DNA of 51,670 bases from SAR116 cluster bacterium (GTDB lineage: Bacteria > Pseudomonadota > Alphaproteobacteria > Puniceispirillales > Marisalimonadaceae). The notes under the pieces are model-generated. The model was not told where the DNA came from. It did not search any database and saw nothing but the letters and a program-made list of their open reading frames with translations. The DNA is taken from positions 1-51,670 of the forward strand of contig JBELJF010000003.1 in the NCBI GenBank assembly GCA_042090495.1, given 5' to 3'. A program made the translations under genes and the position numbers. Shown here in pieces: positions 17,775-26,273 of the stretch (position 1 is its first letter; each line of letters starts with the position of its first letter).

Positions 17775-18971
17775 ATGCCAATCAGCCCATCAATAATGAC
17801 TACATATGGAAGAATTGATATTGCCTTTACTCATGGCGAGGGCAGTTTTTTAATTTCAGAAGAAGGAAAAAAATATTTAGATTATGCTAGTGGTATTGCT
17901 GTAAATGCATTTGGTCACTGTCATCCCAAACTTGTTCAAGCTCTCCAAGATCAAGCATCAAAATTATGGCATACATCTAATCTTTATAGAATACCTGAGC
18001 AAGAAACAGTGGCTGAAAAACTTGTTGCAAATTCTTGTGCCGAAAGAGTTTTTTTCTGTAATTCTGGCGCAGAAGCTACAGAAGGGGCTGTTAAAGTAGC
18101 AAGAAGATTTGCCTGGGCGAACGGTGAAAAAGATAGAACAGAGATAATTTGTGCTACTGGAGCTTTTCATGGTCGAACATTAGCAATGCTAGCTGCTAAT
18201 GATAGACCATTATTTCGAGAAGGCTTTGGTCCATCAGCACAGGGCTTTACTCATGTTAAGTGGGGAGATCTTGAAAACCTTAAAAAACATATTGGTAAAC
18301 ATGTAGCAGCTATTCTTGTAGAGCCTGTCCAAGGAGAAGGAGGCGCAAGAAAGGCACCTGTTGGATATCTTAAATCACTTCAAGAAATTGCTAAAAAAAA
18401 TGGATCTTTATTAATTTCAGATGAAGTCCAAATTGGAATGGGAAGATCAGGATCTCTATTTGCTTATCAGCAAGAAGAAATAGAACCTGATATAATTGCT
18501 CTTGCTAAAGGTCTTGGTGGAGGGTTTCCAGTAGGAGCTGTTCTAGCAAAAGCAAAAGTTGGTGATGCTATGATACCTGGAACTCATGGAAGTACGTTTG
18601 GCGGAAATCCTCTAGCGATGCGCTCTGCAAATGCTGTCCTTGAACTTTTATTAGAAAATAATTTTCTAGATAATTTAAAGAAAATGATACTTTACTTTGA
18701 CAGAAAAATGGATGAATTAATTAAATTTGACTTAGATAAATCTCCTATTTTAGTTCAGAAAAAAGGTTCAGGCATGTTAAGAGGCTTTCAATTAGTTGAG
18801 AAAGTTACTGCAGGAGATTTTGGTAATGTTGCCAGAGATAAAGGTTTGTTGTTGGTAGGAGCTGCTGAAAATACAATTAGATTGCTACCACCGTTAAATA
18901 CCTCCAAAGTGGAGGTAGACCAAGCCTTTGAAATACTCCAAAATGTAATTCTAGAAATGAAAAAAAATTAA
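17775..18971 (+). CDS. argD: Acetylornithine aminotransferase
   Basis: GIAVNAFGHCHP, FFCNSGAEA, FHGRT, EPVQGEGG, DEVQ.G.GR.G, LAKGLGGGFP, HGSTFGGNPLA; upstream of argF. Confidence 0.92.
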   Translation: MPISPSIMTTYGRIDIAFTHGEGSFLISEEGKKYLDYASGIAVNAFGHCHPKLVQALQDQASKLWHTSNLYRIPEQETVAEKLVANSCAERVFFCNSGAEATEGAVKVARRFAWANGEKDRTEIICATGAFHGRTLAMLAANDRPLFREGFGPSAQGFTHVKWGDLENLKKHIGKHVAAILVEPVQGEGGARKAPVGYLKSLQEIAKKNGSLLISDEVQIGMGRSGSLFAYQQEEIEPDIIALAKGLGGGFPVGAVLAKAKVGDAMIPGTHGSTFGGNPLAMRSANAVLELLLENNFLDNLKKMILYFDRKMDELIKFDLDKSPILVQKKGSGMLRGFQLVEKVTAGDFGNVARDKGLLLVGAAENTIRLLPPLNTSKVEVDQAFEILQNVILEMKKN

Positions 18972-18974
18972 AAA

Positions 18975-19862
18975 ATGTCTAATTTTATTGATTTAAAAGA
19001 TCTTTCAAAAGATCAACTTTTAGATTTGATATCTCTTTCCATAAAGTGGAAAAAAAATCCTTCTCCAAAATTTATGAATGATAAACAAGTTGTACTTATT
19101 TTTGAAAAACCTTCTTTACGGACCCGTGTTTCTTTTGAGATAGGTATTAATCAATTAGGTGGGAAAAGTTACATTCTAAATGAAAAAGAAATGCAGTTAG
19201 GTCAAAGGGAAACTATTGAGGACACTGCTCGTGTTTTAGAAAGGTATGCTGATTTAATAGTTATAAGATGTTTTGGTCATAGTCAGTTAACAAAATTTGC
19301 TTCAATATCTTCTATACCTGTTATAAATGCATTAACAGATTTTAGTCATCCATGTCAGGTTGTTGCAGATTTAGTTACAATTAAAGAAAATTTTGGAAAT
19401 TATGAAAATTTAAAGGTTGCATGGTTTGGTGACTGCAATAACGTTTTACAAAGTTGGATTGAGGCTTCAGCGTTATTAAATATAAAATTTTATATTGCAT
19501 GTCCTAAAAATATTAGCCCAGATAAAAAAACTTTATCCTGGGCTCAAGATAGAAATAAAAATATTATAGTAACTCAAGATGCGTATGAAGCTGCTCGGGG
19601 AGCTAATTGCATAATAACAGATACTTGGAATTCTATGGGGGATACCAACCCTTTATCTGAAAATAGTTTCATGCCATATCAAGTAAATGATAAAATTATA
19701 AAGCTAGCCGAAGAAAATGTCATCTTTATGCATTGTCTACCTGCTTACCGAAATAAAGAAGTTACTCCAGAAGTAATAGAGAGTGCTAATTCAGTTGTTT
19801 TTGATGAAGCAGAAAATAGACTGCATGCTCAAAAAGCTATAATGCACTTTTGTTTTAATTAG
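18975..19862 (+). CDS. argF: Ornithine carbamoyltransferase
   Basis: FEKPSLRTRVSF, HPCQ, TDTW.SMG, FMHCLPA, AENRLHAQKA. Confidence 0.95.
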   Translation: MSNFIDLKDLSKDQLLDLISLSIKWKKNPSPKFMNDKQVVLIFEKPSLRTRVSFEIGINQLGGKSYILNEKEMQLGQRETIEDTARVLERYADLIVIRCFGHSQLTKFASISSIPVINALTDFSHPCQVVADLVTIKENFGNYENLKVAWFGDCNNVLQSWIEASALLNIKFYIACPKNISPDKKTLSWAQDRNKNIIVTQDAYEAARGANCIITDTWNSMGDTNPLSENSFMPYQVNDKIIKLAEENVIFMHCLPAYRNKEVTPEVIESANSVVFDEAENRLHAQKAIMHFCFN

Positions 19863-19877
19863 TAAAATTAGATAACA

Positions 19878-20744
19878 ATGAAAAATCACATCATTCCTTT
19901 TCAATTATCAAATAATGAAGTGAGAGGTATGATAGTGAGGTTTGATACAGTCTTATATAATATAATAAAACGCCATAATTACGCTCAAAATATTGAAAGC
20001 TTATTAGCGGACACTCTAACAATTACTGCTTGTTTGGGTTCAAGAATGAAACATGATGGTGTTTTTACTATACAGGGCAAAGGATCTGGTGATGTTCATA
20101 CATTATTTGCAGATATAACAAATGATGGATGTTTAAGAGGGTACGTAGGTTTAAAGGAAGATTTTAAAAATGAGAATGTTAATTTATTAAAATTAATGAA
20201 CTCGGGACACATTTCATTTACGTTAGATCAAGGTAAATATTCTAAAAGATACCAAGGCATTGTTGAGCTTGAAGAAGAAATTTCAAAAGCAACGGAGTTA
20301 TACTTTTCGAATTCAGAACAATTAGAAACTAAATTTTCTACTTTTAATTATTATGACATAGATGAAGCTGACAGAGGAGATTTATTTCCAGGTGGTTTGA
20401 TTATGCTCCAAAAAATGCCTATTAAGAATAAATTCTCAGAAGAAACGAACAAAGAAGTTTGGGAACTTTCAAGAGATTTTTTATCTACTTTAAAAAAAGA
20501 AGAGTTTTTATCTACAAAACTTTCATCCAAGGATATTCTTTTTAGATTATTTAATGAGCTTAAAGTTATAACTTATGATGAAATTGAAATTAAAGATAAG
20601 TGTCGTTGTTCTCAAGATAGAGTGCAATTTGCTTTGAACAACTTAGACAAAAAAGAATTGAGCGAAATTGCTGACGAAAATGGAGATATCAAAGTTATGT
20701 GTGAGTTTTGTAAAACAGAGCGTTTGTTTTCATATCCTAATTAA
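19878..20744 (+). CDS. hslO: Hsp33 redox-regulated chaperone
   Basis: YQGIV.L, YF..SEQL.T, GGL.LQKMP, C-terminal CRCS...CEFC zinc motif. Confidence 0.92.
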   Translation: MKNHIIPFQLSNNEVRGMIVRFDTVLYNIIKRHNYAQNIESLLADTLTITACLGSRMKHDGVFTIQGKGSGDVHTLFADITNDGCLRGYVGLKEDFKNENVNLLKLMNSGHISFTLDQGKYSKRYQGIVELEEEISKATELYFSNSEQLETKFSTFNYYDIDEADRGDLFPGGLIMLQKMPIKNKFSEETNKEVWELSRDFLSTLKKEEFLSTKLSSKDILFRLFNELKVITYDEIEIKDKCRCSQDRVQFALNNLDKKELSEIADENGDIKVMCEFCKTERLFSYPN

Positions 20745-20747
20745 CTT

Positions 20748-22193
20748 TTAATTTTTCCAAAATAGCGGTGAAAACATAACTAGAATTGCAAAAATTTCTA
20801 ACCTGCCCAAAATCATTCCAGCACACAAAAAAAACTTTCCCATATCAGGGATTGTTTGATAAGAGCCAGTTGGTCCAATAATATCTCCCAATCCTGGACC
20901 AACGTTGCCAATCGCTGATGCAGCACCAGAAATTGAAGTTATCAGATCCAATCCAAGCATCCCTAAAAGACATGCAATAATAGCAAAGGATATTATGTAT
21001 AGAAAAAAGAAACCCATGACTGACTCAGCAACGTTTTCTGGAATTGGTTTTTGGTTATAATATGAAACTACAACTGCGTGAGGTCTTATAAGTTTAGAAA
21101 TTTGTGCTTTGGCGTTTGCAACTAATACTTGTATTCTAGCCATTCTTAACCCACAAGTTGTTGAACCTGCACATCCACCAACGAACATTAAAATAAGAAG
21201 AATAGTCGTTGGGAAACCACCCCAATTATTAAAGTCAGATGTTCCAAATCCGGTTCCAGTAAGAATTGATATAACGTTAAAAGAAGCTAATCTTAAGGCG
21301 TCTAAATATGGAACATTTTGAAAGCTTAAATAAATTGATATGACGAATACTACAAAAATTATTATTGTTAAAAATAACTTAACTTGGTCGTCTTTAATTA
21401 AATTTTTAAAACCATTTCTAGATATTGATAAGTAGTGCACAAAGGGTAATGAGCCAACTATCATTCCAAAAATAATTATTATTTCTATTGAAGATGATCC
21501 AAAAGCAGCCAAGGATTCTGACTTTGTAGAATAACCACCTGTTGCTATAGTTGTCATTGCATGTGCTATAGAGTCAAAAATGGGCATGCCAGCAATCCAT
21601 AGCATCAAAGCCCATAAGGTTGTTAATGAGATATATACCATACTTATCCCTGCAGCAAAACTAGCTGCTTTGGGTACCACTTTATCTGGAGTTTCATAAG
21701 ATTCTGTTTTAAAGAGTTGCATTCCACCTATAGATAACATTGGTAAAACAGCTAGTGCCATTACAATAATACCTACACCCCCTAACCATTGAAGAAGAGC
21801 TCGCCAAATTAAAATACCATGTGATGTCGTGTCTAAATTATTAATTACAGTTGCTCCAGTTGTAGTGATACCAGAAGTAGATTCAAAAATTGCATCTGTA
21901 AAACTCATATCAATCTCAGATAACATAAACGGTATTGATCCGAATAAGGCGATCGATATCCAAGCACTATTAGTTAATAGAAAAGCTTGTCTTAACTCTA
22001 AATGCTCTGTAATTATTCCTTTGTTTGAAAGGTAGCAGATAGAACCAACAAATAAAGTTATGAATGATGCGCCAACGAAAGCTGGCCAGTCATCATTGCC
22101 GTAGAACCAATCTACGAAAGCAGGTATTATCATAAACAAAGAAAGTATGCACAACAACAAGCCTATTAAATAAATTATTGGTGCAATTTTCAT
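20748..22193 (-). CDS. trkH: Trk system potassium uptake protein
   Basis: FESTSGITTTGATV, LQWLGG.GII, TTIATGGYS, GGCAGST.CG, GNVGPG.G, GRLEI. Confidence 0.93.
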   Translation of the reverse strand: MKIAPIIYLIGLLLCILSLFMIIPAFVDWFYGNDDWPAFVGASFITLFVGSICYLSNKGIITEHLELRQAFLLTNSAWISIALFGSIPFMLSEIDMSFTDAIFESTSGITTTGATVINNLDTTSHGILIWRALLQWLGGVGIIVMALAVLPMLSIGGMQLFKTESYETPDKVVPKAASFAAGISMVYISLTTLWALMLWIAGMPIFDSIAHAMTTIATGGYSTKSESLAAFGSSSIEIIIIFGMIVGSLPFVHYLSISRNGFKNLIKDDQVKLFLTIIIFVVFVISIYLSFQNVPYLDALRLASFNVISILTGTGFGTSDFNNWGGFPTTILLILMFVGGCAGSTTCGLRMARIQVLVANAKAQISKLIRPHAVVVSYYNQKPIPENVAESVMGFFFLYIISFAIIACLLGMLGLDLITSISGAASAIGNVGPGLGDIIGPTGSYQTIPDMGKFFLCAGMILGRLEIFAILVMFSPLFWKN

Positions 22194-22233
22194 GATTTTT
22201 TCTATGAATATTTATTAAAAAATATCTTAAAAC

Positions 22234-22848
22234 CTAATTGGCCATTTTTAAAAATCTGTCTTGTAAATTGATATCTTCTAAAAAGCAACCACTAAATTGA
22301 TTGGTAGTCATAGTGACATCTTTTTTTAAAACGCCTCTTGTGCTCATACAGTGATGTTCTGCATCAATAAAAACTGCAGTTCCTTTAGGTGATAAAGAAG
22401 AATCAATACAATTAAGTATTTGTGATGTCATTGTTTCTTGCGTTTGAAGTCTTTTAGCAAAAACATCAAGTACTCTTGCTAATTTAGATATACCAACAAC
22501 TTTTTTGTCTGGGTAATATCCAATTGTTGCCCTTCCAATAATTGGAACCATATGATGTTCACAGTGACTTTCAAAATTGATATTTTTTAATATTACAATA
22601 TCGTTATAGCCTTCAATATCTTCAAAGGTTTTTTCTAAAAGTTTTTTTGGGTCTTCATGATACCCAGAAAAAAATTCGTTAAAAGATTTAATAACCCGTC
22701 TAGGAGTTTCTATTAAACCTTCTCTATTAGGATCTTCCCCAATATATTCGATTAGTGTTTTAATTGCTAGTTCTGCTTCTTCTTGAGTGACTGATCTTTT
22801 TTCATGGTCATCAATTATTAATTTAGAAGCATTTATAGAAGAATTCAT
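22234..22848 (-). CDS. folE: GTP cyclohydrolase I
   Basis: GEDP.REGL.ETP.RV, SHCEHH, VVGISKLAR, RLQ.QE, H.CM..RGV. Likely start ATG 22848. Confidence 0.95.
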   Translation of the reverse strand: MNSSINASKLIIDDHEKRSVTQEEAELAIKTLIEYIGEDPNREGLIETPRRVIKSFNEFFSGYHEDPKKLLEKTFEDIEGYNDIVILKNINFESHCEHHMVPIIGRATIGYYPDKKVVGISKLARVLDVFAKRLQTQETMTSQILNCIDSSLSPKGTAVFIDAEHHCMSTRGVLKKDVTMTTNQFSGCFLEDINLQDRFLKMAN

Positions 22849-22926
22849 TATATACCCTAAAGTTTTTAAATTTAATCTGTAACAAATATTATGAGTTAAG
22901 CAAAGAATTAACAAGCATATTGAAAG

Positions 22927-23574
22927 TTATTTTTGGAAAAGTGTTAAATTTAGAGGTGTTTTATCACTTATTACCTTATCACCTTCATCGTGAGTAACAA
23001 GAAGACAAGGGATATTTGCTCTTTTTACTTGTTTTACAACAAATTCTCTAAAACTATTTCTTTGTGAGGGGTCTAAGGAAGAAAAAGGTTCATCTAAAAG
23101 CAATGCGTTCGGCTCTGATAAGATTGCTCTTAGGCATGCAATTCTTGCCTTTTGACCACCAGACAAAGTGTTTGGATACCTGTCTTGAAATCCAGACATA
23201 TTAGCTTTATCAAGGTAATTTAAAATTAAACTTTTCTTTTCTTTTTTATTAAGACTTTTATTCATTCCAAACAATAGATTTTGTTCTACTGTCAAATGAG
23301 GAAATAAAGTGCCATCTTGAAGTAGAAGCCCAATTTTTCTTTTTTCGGTAGGGATATTATTAAGTTTTATCCCATTTAATTTAATTTCTCCTTCGATGTT
23401 CAAGTTTTCTTCATTAACTCCAGATATCACGTTTATCAATGAAGATTTTCCAACACCACTTTCTCCAAAAACACATAAAATTTCACTATTTTCTATTTTA
23501 ATGCTCAAGTTTTTTATAAGAGTTTTTTCTGTTGGTGAATTCCATTTTAATGTTATATTTTTTAACTCAAGCAA
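22927..23574 (-). CDS. ABC transporter ATP-binding protein (YnjD/ThiQ-like)
   Basis: Walker A GESGVGKS, LFPHLTV..NL.FG, LSGGQKARIA.LRA.L.EP.ALLLDEPFS.LD, LVTHD. Confidence 0.88.
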   Translation of the reverse strand: MLELKNITLKWNSPTEKTLIKNLSIKIENSEILCVFGESGVGKSSLINVISGVNEENLNIEGEIKLNGIKLNNIPTEKRKIGLLLQDGTLFPHLTVEQNLLFGMNKSLNKKEKKSLILNYLDKANMSGFQDRYPNTLSGGQKARIACLRAILSEPNALLLDEPFSSLDPSQRNSFREFVVKQVKRANIPCLLVTHDEGDKVISDKTPLNLTLFQK

Positions 23575-23623
23575 TATTTTAATTCCTCAACTTATAACTA
23601 GAAATTTTCATTCTTACATAAAC

Positions 23624-24130
23624 ATGATTAAAACAATTCTAAAAATTAACAAATTCTTTACTTTTAATGAAGTTCCTTCTTCAAGAAAAAAGAATATTAA
23701 AGATTTTGAACATTTTAGAGATTTCTTAGAACTTGCTAGGAATCAAATGAACAAACATGGTCTTATTGATTGGACGTTAGATCTTGATTACGCAAAAGTT
23801 AGAGCGGGAGCTTGTTTTTTTAGAGAAAAGAAAATTTCTTTTTCTAGAAATTTTGTAAAAAAATCTTCAGAAGAAGATATTCAAGATACAATTTTGCATG
23901 AAATCGCGCACGCTCTAGTTGGTCCGAAGCATGGACATAATAAAATTTGGAAAGAAATGGCGCTAAAATTAGGTTGTTCTGCTAAACGTTGTCATACATT
24001 AGAGTTTTCTGAATATAAATGGCTTAGATTTTGCGCCAATCAATGTTGGCAACAAAAGGTACATAGAAAAAGATTAAACCTTATTTGCAAAAAGTGTGGA
24101 TCTAAAGTTATTTACAAAAAAAATAATTAG
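23624..24130 (+). CDS. SprT-like zinc metalloprotease domain protein
   Basis: HGL..W..D.AK.RAG.C, DTILHEIAHALVG..HGH...WK..A..LGC, C-terminal CxxxC...CxxC. Start moved to ATG 23624 to avoid overlap with the ABC gene. Confidence 0.85.
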   Translation: MIKTILKINKFFTFNEVPSSRKKNIKDFEHFRDFLELARNQMNKHGLIDWTLDLDYAKVRAGACFFREKKISFSRNFVKKSSEEDIQDTILHEIAHALVGPKHGHNKIWKEMALKLGCSAKRCHTLEFSEYKWLRFCANQCWQQKVHRKRLNLICKKCGSKVIYKKNN

Positions 24131-24133
24131 AAA

Positions 24134-24559
24134 TTATTTCACTTCTTCTAGCTCAATTAATGTTCCAGAAAAATCTGATGGACTTAAAAAAATTACAGGG
24201 TTTCCATGTGCGCCAATTTTTGGTTTACCCTCACCTAAAATTTTGGCTCCAGCTGATGTAAGTTTTTTTGATACAGCTGAAATATCATTAACTTCATAGC
24301 AGATATGATGCATGCCACCATTAGGGTTTTTGTCTAAAAATTTACTTATTGGGCTATTTTTGTTCAATGGCTCTAGTAACTCAACTTTGGTATTAGGAGA
24401 TTCTATAAATACAACTTTTACACCATGCTCAGGTAATATTTGTGGTTCGCTAATTTTGGCACCTAAAGCTTGTTCCCAAGTATTGCTAGCTCTTTCTATG
24501 TCAGGAACTGCAATAGCAATATGGTTTACCCGTCCAATATTCGAAATCTTATTTGACAT
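24134..24559 (-). CDS. mce: Methylmalonyl-CoA epimerase
   Basis: NHIAIAVPD, EHGV.VVF, ELLEPL..SPI..FL.KNP.GG.HHICYEV, IGAHG.PV.FL.P.DF.GTL.ELEE. Confidence 0.95.
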   Translation of the reverse strand: MSNKISNIGRVNHIAIAVPDIERASNTWEQALGAKISEPQILPEHGVKVVFIESPNTKVELLEPLNKNSPISKFLDKNPNGGMHHICYEVNDISAVSKKLTSAGAKILGEGKPKIGAHGNPVIFLSPSDFSGTLIELEEVK

Positions 24560-24658
24560 AACAACTCCAAAGAGAAATATTTATTTGATATTATCTTTTA
24601 TGTTTAAACAAAACTTATATTTTTTCAACGAGCATAAACAGATTATTGCTAGTTAATG

Positions 24659-24674
24659 TAACAAAATTTTGTTA
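24659..24674. promoter_or_regulatory. Perfect 16-bp palindrome in the divergent mce/pccB promoter region (candidate operator)
   Basis: TAACAAAATTTTGTTA is its own reverse complement and lies 35 bp upstream of the proposed pccB start. Confidence 0.35.
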
Positions 24675-24709
24675 AATATATGTCTTAAAATATTCTGTGG
24701 GGGTAAACT

Positions 24710-26254
24710 ATTAAAAAGTCTAGTAGAGAAATTATTGCTGAACTTCATGCCAGAAGGCAAAAAGCTCGCTTGGGCGGTGGTCAGACAAGAATAGACAAAC
24801 AGCATTCATTAGGAAAACTAACGGCAAGAGAAAGAATTAATGTATTGCTAGATCAGGATACGTTTGAAGAGACCGATATGTTTGTCATTCATCGCATAAG
24901 AGATTTTGGTATGGATGGTAAAACCATACCTGGCGACGGTGTTATCACTGGATCAGGCAAGGTCAATGGAAAATTGATTTATGTCTATGCTCAAGATTTT
25001 ACAGTTTTTGGAGGTTCTTTATCGTCAGACCATGCAAAAAAAATAGTAAAAATCATGAAGCTAGCTATTCAAAACAAGGCACCAATTATAGGCCTTAACG
25101 ATAGTGGTGGTGCCAGAATTCAAGAAGGGGTTGAATCACTGGGGGGATACGCAGACGTTTTTCTCCAAAATGCTCTTGCATCTGGCGTTGTGCCTCAAAT
25201 TTCAATGATAATGGGGCCTTGTGCAGGAGGTGCTGTATATTCACCTGCTATGACTGATTTTACGTTTATGGTTAAAGATACTAGTTACATGTTTGTGACT
25301 GGCCCAGATGTAGTTAAGACCGTCACCTCTGAGGAAGTAACGGCAGAAGAATTAGGTGGAGCTGAAACGCACACCACTATTTCATCTGTAGCTGATGGTG
25401 CATTTAATAATGATGTAGAAGCATTAACTGTATTAAGAAGATTTTTAAGCTTTTTACCTTCAAGTAATTCAGAAATTTCGAAAATAAGACAAACACAGGA
25501 TCTTAGTAGAAGAGTTTCTCTTTCGCTAGACACCCTAATTCCAGAAAACCCTAATCTGCCATATGATATGAAAGAATTAATAACATCAATTGCTGATCAA
25601 TATGATTTTTTTGAACTGCAAGAGAATTATGCAAAAAATATCTTAATTGGATTTATAAGGCTTGCAGGGCAAACTATTGGTGTTGTTGCTAATCAACCAA
25701 TGGTTTTGGCTGGTTGCTTAGATATTGATTCAAGCCGAAAAGCAGCCCGTTTTGTTAGATTTTGTGATGCATTTAATATTCCTATTTTAACATTAGTTGA
25801 TGTTCCAGGTTTTATGCCGGGAACTGCTCAAGAATATGGTGGAATTATTAAGCATGGTGCAAAACTTCTATTTGCATATGCAGAAGCAACAACTCCTAAG
25901 GTTACTTTAATTACTAGAAAGGCTTATGGTGGTGCCTATGATGTTATGAGTTCAAAGCATTTAAGAGGTGACGCGAACTATGCCTGGCCAACAGCTGAAA
26001 TTGCAGTAATGGGCGCTAAGGGTGCTGTAGAAATTTTATTTAGAAATGAATTAAATGATTCTAAACAAATAGATAAAAGAACAACTGACTACGAAGAAAG
26101 ATTTGCTAATCCATTTATTGCTGCTGAAAGAGGCTTTCTTGATGATATAATAGTTCCTAGTAATTCGCGATTTAGGCTAATACAAGCTTTTTCAAAGTTA
26201 AAAAACAAAACTCAAAAAAACCCTAGAAAAAAATTTGGTAATATTCCTCTTTAA
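24710..26254 (+). CDS. pccB: Propionyl-CoA carboxylase carboxyltransferase (beta) subunit
   Basis: [70 protein letters not shown]. Homology extends upstream of the track's TTG 24770 to an ATT at 24710. Confidence 0.93.
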   Translation: MKKSSREIIAELHARRQKARLGGGQTRIDKQHSLGKLTARERINVLLDQDTFEETDMFVIHRIRDFGMDGKTIPGDGVITGSGKVNGKLIYVYAQDFTVFGGSLSSDHAKKIVKIMKLAIQNKAPIIGLNDSGGARIQEGVESLGGYADVFLQNALASGVVPQISMIMGPCAGGAVYSPAMTDFTFMVKDTSYMFVTGPDVVKTVTSEEVTAEELGGAETHTTISSVADGAFNNDVEALTVLRRFLSFLPSSNSEISKIRQTQDLSRRVSLSLDTLIPENPNLPYDMKELITSIADQYDFFELQENYAKNILIGFIRLAGQTIGVVANQPMVLAGCLDIDSSRKAARFVRFCDAFNIPILTLVDVPGFMPGTAQEYGGIIKHGAKLLFAYAEATTPKVTLITRKAYGGAYDVMSSKHLRGDANYAWPTAEIAVMGAKGAVEILFRNELNDSKQIDKRTTDYEERFANPFIAAERGFLDDIIVPSNSRFRLIQAFSKLKNKTQKNPRKKFGNIPL

Positions 26255-26273
26255 TAAAAAATAGAAATTTAAA

